A program made the translations under genes and the position numbers. Positions 1 to 11,905 of a DNA stretch of 64,000 nt are shown in pieces (the first letter of the stretch is position 1; every line of letters starts with the position of its first letter). A model generated the notes under the pieces. The model ran no database searches. It was not told the origin of the DNA and saw only the letters and a program-made list of their open reading frames with translations. Source of the stretch: Heteronotia binoei (taxonomy: Eukaryota); assembly GCF_032191835.1 (NCBI RefSeq), contig NC_083229.1, positions 46,500,001 through 46,564,000 of the forward strand. Direction: 5' to 3'.

Positions 1-15
1 TTAATAATTGCTTCC

Positions 16-227
16 GGGAGGGACGGTGGCTCAGTGGTAGAGCATCTGCTTGGAAAGCAGAAGGTCCCAGGTTCAATCCCTGGCATTTCCAAAAAAGGGT
101 CCAGGCAAATAGGTGTGAAAAACCTCAGCTTGAGACCCTGGAGAGCCGCTGCCAATCTGAGAAGACAATACTGACTTTGATGGACCAAGTGTCTGATTCA
201 GTATAAGGCAGCTTCATATGTTCATAT
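16..227 (+). mobile_element. tRNA-derived SINE with CR1-type (TATGTTCA)n tail
   Basis: A-box-like GGTGGCTCAGTGGTAGAGC and B-box-like GGTTCAATCCC; ends gcagcttcatatgttcatat; close paralogue at 9016-9236. Confidence 0.85.
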
Positions 228-1220
228 CCCCGTTCTACAAATTGAGCCACTAATTGGTTACTTGCTTGCACATAATCAGATCTCAATGTGCTATTCCGTT
301 TCATACGCAAGAATTGGCCATAAGGCACATTATTACGTAAATATGGGGTTGAAAGGAAGTATAGTGAAGATAACCATTCTTGGCAACCGGTTTCTTATGG
401 TTCTTAATTGCCAACGTGTTGTGGGTGATACGAAACACATATAATAACACATATAATGTTATTATATGTATCTAAAAATACAATCATGTCTTGATCCTCT
501 TTGAAAGAAAACGTAATGCTAGAATGGCATGCATCCATCCATTCCACTAATGCTTCTACTCTTACCCCATGTTTCAAAATCAAAAAAATGTAGTCCACAA
601 ACTCTAACATGGCCATAAATAAACAAGCAATAGATGGCGCCAGAGAGCTACCCATCGCTACCCCCTTGCGTTGCAGAAAGAATTCTTCACCAAAACGAAA
701 ATAGTTTTTTTCTATTATAAGATCTACCAATTCAAGTAAAAAAGATGTAGGAGGATCGAGATCTTCCCTTTGGTCTAAATAAAATTGTGCCATTATTCTC
801 AAGTCCTCAAAGGGAATATTAGTATACAATGACTGTACATCCATAGAAACTAATACTGTATCAGATGGAATAGATCGATCCTCAATTTTTAGAACAAAGT
901 CTGTTGTGTCTTTAACGAAACTTGGAATTTTATTCACAAAGGGCTTCAAATAATAATCTACAAATTTAGATAAAGGTTCCATTCCCTGACACTATAGGAC
1001 GACCTGGAGGAGGGTTACCCTCCTTATGTACCTTTGGGAGGGCATAAAAAATCGGAACTCTAGGATAGGGATTGTTAAAAATTCAAACTCTTTTTGTGAC
1101 ACATAACCCATCTCTCTGGCATCTACTAAAACCAACCTTATCAACTTTCCTATTTTTTCAGTAGGATCAGAACATAATGGTACATAATGGGCCACATCTG
1201 ATAATCTCGTGTTTTGTGTA
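228..1220 (-). mobile_element. Degenerate Penelope-like element (PLE), reverse-transcriptase region
   Basis: ORF 404-982 has PLE RT motifs LVSMDVQSLYTNIP, QRKGVAMGSSLAPSIACLFM and a decayed YxDD (FVDYIF); broken continuation in ORF 992-1195 and a possible endonuclease-region remnant near 125-330. Confidence 0.8.
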
Positions 1221-2173
1221 ATTCTGGGGCAGGTGCTTTCAGAAATTTATTGAGATCCCCTTGAGTTTCTTATTGTTACCAGCTGTGACTTGTCTTTTTA
1301 GGATGGAGAGTCTTGTCATTAATGTGATTATCCTGTATGCGCTGGGAGAGATATTGGTCTGAGGACCTTTTCAGGTTGTATGTTGGAGTAGTTTCTATGT
1401 CTATTTATGTATTTAATTATTGTATATTAGGTATTTTGTTATTATATGTGTTGTCACATTTGGTTTTAGAGTTGGCTTATGAAGAAGCTGTAAAGGCAGC
1501 GGAACACAATTCAAACCGGTGGTTGCGTGAAAGAAAGAATTTCTCCTTTGAAGCCGACGCCATGGAAGGACTCCATTTGTACTTTACACTTGAGTCTTAG
1601 TACTCCTTACAGACTGTATGAAGATTGTTTCGGAGTCATCCTTTGATAATGTTTATATGGGATTGTTCTTTGTTCTTTAATGTCTGAATATTGGTATTTG
1701 GTCTGCATATTTTCTATAATACAATGTATTAATTTTTGAAAGTTGTCAATTGTTTCTTGACACAATAGGTTTTGTTTTTTGCATCTTTGCTTATATTGTG
1801 TTGCCATTGTTTAATTGCAAGTCAGTGATGGGGCAGAAAAACAGCCTCTGAAGGAGGGAAGTTGAAGGGATCCATCATAGAGCACTTATAAGATTCAGGA
1901 TCTGTGATTATGTCCATTGCTGTGTTGAGGAAAAAAAACCACCTCTCTTTTCCACCAAACAGATGGTACAAAATTACCACAGAACTGTATTCTGCGGGGG
2001 GGGCAGCTAGGATGTTGATGATAAATCACTTGCTTATGATATCATTAATCTGCTTTAAACTGTTTCAGAACTTAGAGTGGAAATGGAAATAGAATCAGAG
2101 CCTGGTTTTTCCACTTAGATGGGGTGGGTGTGACAGGCAGATATTCCACATTATTTCCCATGCAAACACTCAC

Positions 2174-2292
2174 CTCTCCTGCATACCTTGTTGCATCCAC
2201 AACATGCTCAGAGCCTTTGTCATCTGTAGAACCCCAGTGGATGTGGAGTTGACGCAGCCTGTAAATTCCTGGGAGTGGTCCACCCCTCAATA
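2174..2292 (-). CDS. CA3: Carbonic anhydrase 3-like, coding exon 3 (119 bp)
   Basis: ttattgcAG|TATTGAGG...GGAGAG|GTgagt; translates LRGGPLPGIYRLRQLHIHWGSTDDKGSEHVVDATRYAGE with Zn ligands H94/H96, R91 and the SEH motif; 119 bp is the conserved alpha-CA exon 3 size. Confidence 0.96.
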
Positions 2293-2559
2293 CTGCAATA
2301 AAGAGCTTCCGTTAATACAAAACTTTCCACTGCCAGAACAACAGTACAACAGTATACCTCTGTTGCAACAACAACTAATTTAATTGAAGGTGTTTTCTCT
2401 TCTTGATTATGGCTTCTCACTTTTCCAAAGGAAATATCCATAACACTCTTATTCCACTTACTTCTCTAATGAGCAGAAATTATTGTTGTTCTTTCCCTTC
2501 AGTAATTTGGGAGGGGGCGCTAATCACAATCCACCAACATGGTAATTTAAACAAAGACA

Positions 2560-2700
2560 AATTTATGGTGACCTGAGCTTTCATGAGCCAAAGTTCTCTT
2601 CATCAGATGTATAATATACTATTTTCAGTTAATATACAGGAATAAAAGTGTGGGGGGAGTTATTACAAAGAGAGGTGAGAAGCGCCAGCATTCCGGGACA
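2560..2700 (-). mobile_element. Penelope-type terminal-repeat fragment with minimal hammerhead-like motif
   Basis: Minus strand reads CTGATGAAGAGAACTTTGGCTCATGAAAGCTCA (CUGAUGA...GAAA core). Confidence 0.5.
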
Positions 2701-2715
2701 TGAGCATGTTGCATT

Positions 2716-2904
2716 TAGGGTTGTCTTCCTCAAGACGGGGCTTGGAGATCTCCCAGAATTATAAGTTTTCTCCAGATGACATCAAAAAGTTTCCCTGGAG
2801 AAAAAGGCTGCTCCTTGAGGTCCCCTCCCTCTCCAACTTTTGCTTTCCCCAGTTCCACCCCACCATATCTCCAGGAATTTCCCAACCCAGAATTTGCTAC
2901 CCTA
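2716..2904. mobile_element. Short hAT-like MITE (TAGGGTTGCCA-type TIR family)
   Basis: Ends TAGGGTTGTC...GCTACCCTA; similar internal sequence in other copies (21.4-22.0 kb, 30.75-30.99 kb); no clear TSD. Confidence 0.6.
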
Positions 2905-3248
2905 AGTAAAGAGCAAAACAAGGCTGCTTCCACAGGAGGAACTGAAAATATCACCTGATTAAGGCACAGCCAGCAGCAAGCTATGTGGGGGTGAGCAGGA
3001 ATGGCATCCACACTTCCCTATTCTTGTACCACTCATAGCTGTCCCCTGTTGATCACTTTTTCTTCACTGTGCCTGTGCAAAAGCTCCAATGTTTCTCTTT
3101 CCCTGTTGAGCTGCACTAATGATACAACATAGCTCAGCAGGGAGGTTAAAGAGCTAAAAAGGAAAGGGGATGGCATGGCAGCAAAGTGTCCCTTGTCAGT
3201 TTGAAATCAGAGTTCCGCTTAACCTACAGTAGCAATCCACATTTTTTC

Positions 3249-3818
3249 CATAAGAACATAAGAGAAGCCATGTTGGTGTGTCACACAGTGGCCAAAAAAA
3301 TTACACACACACACACACACACACACACTGTGGCTAATACCACTGATGGACCTCTGCTCCATATTTTTATCTAACCCCCTCTTGAAGCTGGCTATGCTTG
3401 TAGCCGCCACCACCTCCTGTGGCAATGAATTCCACATGTTAATCACATTTTGGGTGAAGAAGTACTTCCTTTTATCTGTTTTAACCTGACTGCTCAGCAA
3501 TTTCATCGAATGCCCATGAGTTCTTGTATTGTGAGAAGGGGAGAAAGGTACTTCTTTCTTTACTTTCTTCATCCCATGCATAATCTTGTAAACCTCTATC
3601 ATGTCACCCCACAGTCGACGTTTCTCCAAGCTAAAGAGCCCCAAGTATTTCAACCTTTCTTCATAGGGAAAGTGTTCCAACCCTTTGATCATTCTAGTTG
3701 CCCTTTTCTGGACTTTTTCCAATGCTATAATATCCTTTTTGAGATGCGATGACCAGAATTGTACACAGTATTCCAAATGAGATCGCACCGTCGATTTATA
3801 CAGGGGCATTATGATACT
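3249..3818 (-). mobile_element. 5'-truncated CR1 LINE (ORF2 C-terminus + 3'UTR) with internal (CA)n
   Basis: LEYCVQFWSSHLKKDIIALEKVQKRATRMIKGLEHFPYEERLKYLGLFSLEKRRL is typical CR1 ORF2 C-terminus; CTTATGTT-type tail; (CA)n at 3303-3328. Confidence 0.92.
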
Positions 3819-6429
3819 TCCACATTCCACATTCTTTCACAGCTGTTCTGAGTCTATTCTTGAATTTAATTCAAATTCAGCACTTTCTTGCTCTTGAAAC
3901 TCTACTGCATCATAAACCAGGGCATCTACCTAACTATACAGTTATCTTTATCAGAACTTTGACATGAGCACAAAGTACAGTATTGAAAAGGTTTTTTAAT
4001 GCACATTTCGAGCACATTTTCTTAATGTACATTTCTAGCAATTGCCTTTCAAGTGCTCCTCTCCCACGTATAGCATTTCCCACATGTTAGCAGGCCTAAA
4101 ATGCTGTACACATAATGAGTTACCAATTACACAATGCCATAAAGCTTTTGAGAAGACTGGAAAGCAGTGAGCAAACGAGTGGGCATCTCCCTCTTTTCCC
4201 AAGGTAACAACCAATCTACACATTTGGAGAATGTTGTAACCCGCTTTGTGCCTCCATTGGGATACAAATGAAGTAGATAGACAGACAGATAATTAGATGG
4301 CTGGCTGGATGGATGGATAGAAGCAATAGTAAAACTTCCCAGCACAGTCAAGAAGGCTCCTTCACGTTAAAAATGCACACATACAGACACCCTTCCTGCA
4401 CACAGAAATTCTGGCAAAGGGGAGGGGGGGGGGAGTCTTGAAACTGCAAACTCAGATAAGCATACTGGCAAGCCCATAGAAACCCCCAGAAAACACAAAA
4501 ACAATGAGAAAACAGAAAAAAAAGAAAGCATTCCCAGCAGCCTGCAAACACTGACTCCCAATCTTTCTGGTTAATCCCAAATATTTCTGGGATTTTTGGG
4601 GACCATTTTCAGTGACTATGCGGGGGGGGGGGGGGGGGAGTTAGCGAAAATTCATTACCCTGTAATATTAACTTTCCTCAGGCAGACTATATGATGCCAA
4701 CATGCATTTAGTCCTGTGTCTTCTGACTGCACTGTGAAATGCGCTGTTTGGGGAGGGCTGTCCTGTTGGGGGGGGGGGGTGTTGTATGTAAATTTACATT
4801 CAAATCAAAGAGATGCCCATAGCCATAAGTGCTTGGTCATGGAACTTTACCAGTTTTAGAACTCTGTTTGGCTTTATGAGACATGATGAGACCAAACGGT
4901 AGTACTGTGGCCAATAGTTGTGGACAGCAATCATATTTGAGAACAATAATAACTCATACTTGTCATTTGTGAGCTAAGTACATGTCACTTCGAGGGTAGC
5001 AAGTGAGGCTGAGTTTTTGCCAAAAAGTCACACTTGTCCCATTTATAAATAGAGTCTACCTTCTGCCTAAATGAACAGTGAGATACAATGGCAAGAAAGA
5101 AACCTGGAAAGCATGAGTAATCCTTCCACAAAACAGGAAGGGCATTTGAAACTGTCATGACAATGTATCTGGAGATGTCTCCTTTTTCTGATCAGGGGTA
5201 AATGTTTCATTTTTTCCATTTATTGTGGCAGAATTGCACTTTGCAAAGAGCTGAAGAAGCACAGTAGGAAAAAGCAAAAGTCATTAGCCCAGGCTTTTAA
5301 TGGAATCCCTCCCACCTTTCAGTTCACCATTTTAGGACAGATTTTATAGCTTATTATTTCACATTTCCTGCCTACCCTGTCTATAATTATTTTAGTTCTG
5401 TTTTATGTACTGTGCTTCTGCAATCAAGCTCTTCTGCTGTTTTGGTGTTCATTGTTGCACTGCTTCTGGGCATGTTATTTATAGGTGGTGTTATTGCTAT
5501 TGTTATTAAATTAATTTATTTATTTCAATGAATGCATGAATGAAATACCTTGGGCTGGCACAGCACAGAATGTTCCATTGCTGAATATGACCCCTCTATA
5601 TAAATCTCTCAGCATTCTAGTATTTTGTTCAGACCAATATTAAAGCACAAGTGGGGCACCCACAAGAACTTGCAAGGAATATCTTGTTTCTCCATTGCCT
5701 TTTTAGTCTTTCTTTCCCTCTTTATCTTCCCTTTCATTCTCTCCTACTTACCTTTTATTTCTTCTCTCTCTAGCAGACTCTGTACCCCTGCCTCCCCACC
5801 TATCTTTTTAAAAATCCTCCTTATGCATGAGGATTTATTTCCCCCTTTTGCCTGTTTTTTTTTCTTATTTTACTTACCCCCTCCTATATTTTACTACTTT
5901 TAAGTCTTTCTCTTTCTCTTCCCCTCCCCCGCACTGATTGACACTTGGACTCCTCAATATTAGGTGCAGATTATCTAGATACCTCAAAAATGGCTGCTAA
6001 GATTTCACAATGTAAACTTGCAAGATTTCAGCAGCACACTTTTCTTAAAGAATAAAACATTAGTTTTATTATATTTAGGTTTTTCTAAACCTTGATGCAT
6101 TTTTTTTACATTTCGTATTTTATGCAAACCTGGGGCTTTTACCAAACTTGTAGAACAATATTTCTTGTCTCTCCCTGTCCCCATTGTGTAGATTTTTTTA
6201 AACTACACTCTATGGATTTTATGATTCCACAAGTGATATTTATCTGGGTTTGTAAATTCTGTTTGTCCCAAATTATATTAAATTGGTTATAAACATCATC
6301 AAATGGATACTTGTCTGGCTCAGTATCTGAAAATTTCATTTGAAAAAATATAATGCTTGAAGTACGCATTATGAAGTATGCTGATATGATTTCTGAATTT
6401 GTGAAGTAAATTTTTCCAGAAGTGTCATA

Positions 6430-6925
6430 TTCCTTGTGACCGCCTCTCCCCATATGAGCCCTGAAGACATGCTGCGATCTGCCAATCAACATCTTCTGGC
6501 CATCCCTGGCCCAAAGGACGTCCGTCTTGCCTCAAGGCTTTTTTGGCCTGTCCTGGTGGAATCAGCTCCCCATAGAGATCCAGCCCCTACTGGATCTGTT
6601 GCCATTCTGTAGGGCCTGTAAGATGGAGCTGTTCCGCTGGGTCTTTGGTTGAGGCAAGCGAGCGTCCTCTTCTCTTCTCTTATTGTTCAGTCATCTACTG
6701 CCTCCCCGCATAATAACTTACCATCTGAATTATTATACTACGGCTGATAACTGTGCTTAATCTGCAAAATGTGCCCATCCTGCCTGTATTACATTTTTAT
6801 TTAGTTATGTGGTGTTGTTTAGTTGTAGAGTATTAATTTTATTGTTATATTTTAATTGTTTTTATGCTTGTAATCTGCCCTGAGCGCTTATGGGGTAGGG
6901 CAGAATATAAATCTGCTAAATAATA
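6430..6925 (+). mobile_element. L2 LINE 3' fragment (decayed)
   Basis: Resembles the C-terminus and 3'UTR of the intact L2 at 58964-62404; ends ctgccctgagcgc...gggcagaatataaat. Confidence 0.7.
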
Positions 6926-7125
6926 ATTAAAAAATCTTCAGAAACCTTTAAATTTTAAATTAAAATTATCACTGAGCAACTATATGTATTTTTGCCACAA
7001 TTTCTACATGTATTTCTTCTCTTCGGTGTTCTACAGGACCTTAGCCTCAGCATACCCATGCATCATTTTCCTGCCAAAAATTCAGAAGGGATTTGACCAA
7101 CAACACAGAGTGCTATTTTTTAAAA

Positions 7126-8392
7126 CAGGGGTGTCGAACTCATTTGTTATGAGGGCTGGATTTGATATTTGATATGTATGTCATAAAATGTAATGCCAGA
7201 TAGAGGATATATAAACTTTATAAAGGGCACAGACAAACAAAATTATTATTTTTTACTTAAAATATGTTTAAAACATTAGCATGCTTGCAATATTTTGTTT
7301 AACAGTCTCTGATAACTGACATGTCTTGCTCTGAATTATTGCATAAAAACTGGAGACAATACCTGTGCTGTAGCAATCTTGAGTATGCTATTCAGGTGTT
7401 GTTTAGGTGTGTAAACGTAAGTTACAAACCTACCTTTGATTTACTGACATTTATTACAGAAATCTCATGGTCAATGCTTAGAGCCCAAGCCCCAGAGGAA
7501 AACATGAAATGGCTGGGCATTGTGAGCTTTTGTACATAAATTGCTTCATGTACTGGTCAAGAACATGTGAAGGCACCATGTCAAAGACTGAGAGGTATGT
7601 GTTTGTCTCCAAAACTATAGTCTTCTACAGAAAAATAACTACAACTCCTATGTGGCAGTGCAAGAATAGAGAGATAGCCATATATAATGGTCAGTATCAG
7701 CCTACTATCTGGGAAGTATAAGTTCAAAATCCCGTCAATCAAAGGAAATCAAAGGAAAATGTGAAATGTAAAAGAAAAATCAAAGAAAAATGTGCCAGAT
7801 GAACTTGGTCTGGATGCACTCCCAGCCTAATCCGGGTTGTTGTTATTCCACTTCTGGATCATGAAGACATGAATACAATGAAAAGAGGGAGAAAAATCCA
7901 GTTGCACCCAGGAGAGCCCTGGCAAAAAAATTCTCTCTCTCTGAAAGCTCATACCTTGAATAAAATATTGTTGGTCTTCAAAGTGCTTTCTTTGTATCTC
8001 TCCTGTGTGATTGATAGAGGGAACTGGGCAAAGGAGGCTCTTCCTCTTTCCCTCCCTCCCCAGGGTTAGGGTTAGGGTATGAGGAGGGGGAGGAGCCTTA
8101 GCCAACAGAAGGAAGAGAAACTTGGCTCAGTAGCTCTGCAGTGTGATTGAGAGCACCTGGCAACCCAGGTGCTTTCAATCACACAACAGAGATACAGAAC
8201 CAAGCTCCTCCATTGGTTGAAGCTCTTTTTCCCTTTGGAAAGAGGGAGGGGGGAGGAGGGAAAGAGCAAGAGGCTGCTTTGATCAGGTGCCTCATTTCAG
8301 GGAAGGAAACTGGCAAGGGAGAAGGAAGCAGGCAATGGCCAGTTTCTGGCAGGCCTGATTGGAGTCCTCTAGGGGCCAGATTAGGCCTGCAG
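7126..8392 (+). mobile_element. Non-autonomous hAT (Charlie-like) DNA transposon, decayed
   Basis: 5' TIR CAGGGGTGTCGAAC; internal sequence shared with 31020-31601; right boundary approximate. Confidence 0.55.
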
Positions 8393-8735
8393 GATGGATG
8401 GATGATTCCCCTGTCTTAAAGCTTTCAATCTGTATGAAATTTAACTCTTGTCATGTATCACATACTTATTTCCTGCTGTTCAGCTATGCAGCAAGCAGAA
8501 AAGAAAGAGGAAAGGCAGGAACAAGTAAAGAAGTGTAGTAGGGGATAGAAACTCTTCGGGCTAGCAAAAGTGTCAAATGCTCATATTTATTATATCTATC
8601 AAGGGTTGGAAATAGTCCTCACCCACTCACAATGAACTGGTTACTGTTTTGATGGAAGCTGTTTGAAACTGGCTTGTTTTTGTAACATCGCTCCTCACCC
8701 CTGCTGTTTTCTGTTAATATTAATGGTGGTGGTAA

Positions 8736-8942
8736 ATGCCATCAAGTCACTGTGGATTTATGGCAGCCCTATAAGATATTCAAGGCAAGAAATGTTCCAT
8801 AGGTGATTTGCCATTGCTTGTCTCTACAGAGGTGACCCTGGACTTCCTTGGTGGTGTCCCATCCATGTACTAACCAGGATTGGCCCTACTTAGCTTCTGA
8901 GATCTTATGAAGCTGGGCTAATCTTGACCATTGAGGTCAAGA
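8736..8942 (-). mobile_element. 5S rRNA-derived SINE (5S-Sauria-like) fragment
   Basis: Minus strand GATCTCAGAAGCTAAGTAGGGCC...GGTTAGTACATGGATGGGA matches the 5S rRNA internal promoter region. Confidence 0.7.
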
Positions 8943-9015
8943 TGTTAACATAAATGCATTAGCCTAATCAATGTATTTTCATGCATCAAATGAAGTGAGC
9001 TCCAAATCACAAATT

Positions 9016-9236
9016 GGGGAGGGACAGTGGCTCAGTGGCAGAGCATCTGCTTGGGAAGCAGAAGGTCCCAGGTTCAATCCCCGGCATCTCCATTGAAAAA
9101 GGGCCCAGGCAAGTAGGTGTGAAAAACCTCAGCTTGAGACCCTGGAGAGCCGCTGCCAGTCTGAGTAAACAATACTGACTTTGATGGACCGAGGGTCTGA
9201 TTCAGTATAAGGCAGCTTCATATGTTCATATGTTCA
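9016..9236 (+). mobile_element. tRNA-derived SINE with CR1-type tail (same family as 16-227)
   Basis: A/B boxes and (TATGTTCA)n tail; collinear with the 16-227 copy. Confidence 0.85.
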
Positions 9237-9571
9237 AATGCTTATGCTGAAATATATTTTATTAGCCTCTAAAATACTGCTGGGCTTTTGTTTTATCATC
9301 CTATTACAGATCAGTGCTATTATATGCAAGGGGGAAGGATATCTAAATTCAAAGTTTGTTTTTCTTAACTGTGATTTTCATATAGTCTCTATTGCTAGAC
9401 TCTTACTGAAGATGACAGTCAAAATAAATTTTGTCCTTTGGGGGTTTTGACACAAAACCAGCAATTTTTGTCACAAGGTCTGCTGATTGTATTCATCAAA
9501 CATGAAAATATAGCAAATTCAGACCAGCAAAAATAAGAAGGTGGCAATCTGTGCCACACAACAGACAGAGA

Positions 9572-10263
9572 TAGGCTTGCCAATCCCCAGGTCCCAGCGG
9601 GGGTTCTTCCGCTTTCCCAGGCTCCTTCCCACCCCCAGTCAGCTAGCTGGTGGGGGGGAAGCCACGCCCCCAGAGGACTATGTGCCTTTCTACCTCCGGA
9701 GGCTTCAGGCTCCGATTGAAAGGCTTCCTCTTGGGATGGTGTGTCTGTGTTACTTTGAAGAAGTTGGCAGCAACTCATGAGTAGAGAGGCCAATCCCTCA
9801 CTTCAGAGTCACCAAAAACGGGGTGGGGGTAGGTGGGGGGGGGGGAGGGAACGTCTGCTGAGCACTTCATTATTCCCTATGTGGAGATCGATTCTCATAG
9901 GGTATAATGGGGAATTGATCTGGAGGTTTCGGGGGCTCTGGGGGAGCTGTTTTTTGTGGTAGAGGCATCAAATGTTCAGTATAGTATCTAGTGCCTCTCC
10001 CAAAAGTACCCCCCAAGTTTCAAAACGATTGGACCAGGGGGTCCAATTCTATGAGCCCCAAAAGAAGGTGCCCCTATCCTTCATTATTTCCCATGGAAGG
10101 AAGACATTTAAAAAGGTATGCTGTCCATTTAAATGTGATGGCCAGAACTCTCTTGGAGTTCAATTATGCTTGTCACACCCTTGTTCCTGGCTCCACCCCC
10201 TAAGTCTCCTGGCTCCAGCCCCAAAGTCCCCAGATATTTCTTGAATTGGACTTGGCAACCCTA
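9572..10263 (+). mobile_element. 692-bp non-autonomous hAT element
   Basis: TIRs TAGGCTTGCCAA / TTGGCAACCCTA; perfect 8-bp TSD GACAGAGA at 9564-9571 and 10264-10271. Confidence 0.9.
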
Positions 10264-11632
10264 GACAGAGAGAACAACTGATTCTTCTATACATCAGACG
10301 AGACAGGTAAAAACAAACTCTATCAACCAAGAATGTAGTTCTAGTTATATATAGTCATGGGGAAACCAAGTCTTATAGATGTGAAGGCCTCACCTGTTGC
10401 CAGATTTGCAGTGACAGGTGATAATCCACAAGAGAAAACAATGAGTACCCTCTTCCCCCAGATATAAAATGATGGCTCTGCCATGTTATTTCATGATAAA
10501 AACAAACTAACAGTACAGCACAGTTGGCTGTGTCAATAAGGATGCATTAACAGGTCCATAAATAAATAAACATTGCCTCGGCACACTGTTTTGGCACGTT
10601 CTTTGTCATTATGGTCAATAACGTTAGCTATGTGTGTTTGCCAATGTGTAATTACTTGGCTTGCATTTCCAAGAAGGACATTTCCCATCAAAAGCAATGC
10701 TATTTGTCATAATTGAAAACAACTGTTGATAGAAATGAGGCTTTTATTGTACAATCATTGGGCATAGAGACTGAAAAAACACCTGCAAAAGGATAGTCTT
10801 TATTTCTGATCTCTAGTGCCCCTAGTGTACTGTTCTAGCCCCAGGCCTCTAGAGCTACCAAATGTCTTTGTTCATAGCCTATAAAAGGAAATGAACCCAT
10901 GTCTCCCCGAGGAAGAAAGCTGATAACCCAATTTACTGCGGCAATCCCTGAAGGCCTTTGTTTGAACAACGTTCAAGTTTTTTTGACCTCCAGCAACAGC
11001 ACGGAATTTCAAAGTTAATGCTAACACAGGTCTTAAAATCCTTTTGTGCCAGGACACTGCTGGTCACATGTCAGTGATTGATACTCTATGTGCTGGAATT
11101 CCCAAAGATAAAAGATGTGTTAAGCACAGAGTGAAAGGCTTAACTTGGACTTTTCTTTCTGTAGTTGGTGCAGAAATGCCTGCACCAAGTGCCATCTCCC
11201 TGTTTCAGCTGTGCAGTTCTTCTCAGTCTGATAGGAATGCATCAATACAAAAATAAATCACCATCAACAACATGCTGTTATGTAAAGATCTCAAAGAGCT
11301 GCATGAAGAACAGATAAATTGTGTCATGCCCATAAGATAAATGAGGACAACAAGACGAAAGGGGCCAGCCTGATTTTCCGCACTGGTATCAATAGCAGAA
11401 TTTCCACTGGGATGAACATTATATCTAAATAGCCACATCCTAGAACTTGATGCTCCAGCACAGGTCCATAAGATAGGACGTAACAACAACTTTACTAGGA
11501 TCATGTAACAAAACACGAATATATGACATCTTGACTGTAAGTGGTTGCAAATATATAAAACAAGCAATCAGTGTTCTGCTCCTTAAACATCTGATATTTG
11601 TCCTATTGAAAACAATTATCCCCCCCCCCCCA

Positions 11633-11905
11633 AAAAAAGGTAGTCCCCTGTGCAAGCACCAGTCGTTTCCAACTCTGGGGTGACATTGCTTTCACGTTTT
11701 CACAGCAGACTTTTTATGGGGTTGTCATTGCCTTTTTATGGGGTTGCCATTGCCTTCCCCAGTCATCCACACTTTCCCCCCAGCAGGCTGGGTACTCATT
11801 TTACCAACCTCAGAAGCATGGAAGGCTGAGTCAACTTCGAGCTAGCTACCTGAACCCAGCTTCCGCCAGGATTGAACTCAGGTTGTGAGCAGAGCTTAGG
11901 ACTGC
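11633..11905 (-). mobile_element. Sauria-SINE-like element
   Basis: Reverse complement of the family at 15817-16124, with ...GGGGACTACCTTT tail. Confidence 0.8.

Noticed and set aside
16-90. tRNA gene-like heads (also 9016, 15817, 41109, 56091) and 5S rRNA-like segments
   Set aside because: They continue into SINE bodies and tails and lack complete cloverleaf or 5S structure; they are SINEs, not tRNA/rRNA genes
4621-4638. Long G homopolymers (also ~4768, 9836, 14990, 15979) as functional G-quadruplexes
   Set aside because: Simple homopolymers of uncertain length, several inside TEs; no supporting context
6139-6492. 117-aa minus-strand ORF inside CA3 intron 2 as a possible nested gene or extra CA exon
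   Set aside because: No CA motif, no recognisable domain and no convincing splice pair; its 5' part overlaps an L2 fragment
11223-11655. ORFs with HDPS and GPFRL strings loosely resembling CA exons 2/3
   Set aside because: Short chance matches in different frames; no QSP or HxHWG; wrong exon sizes
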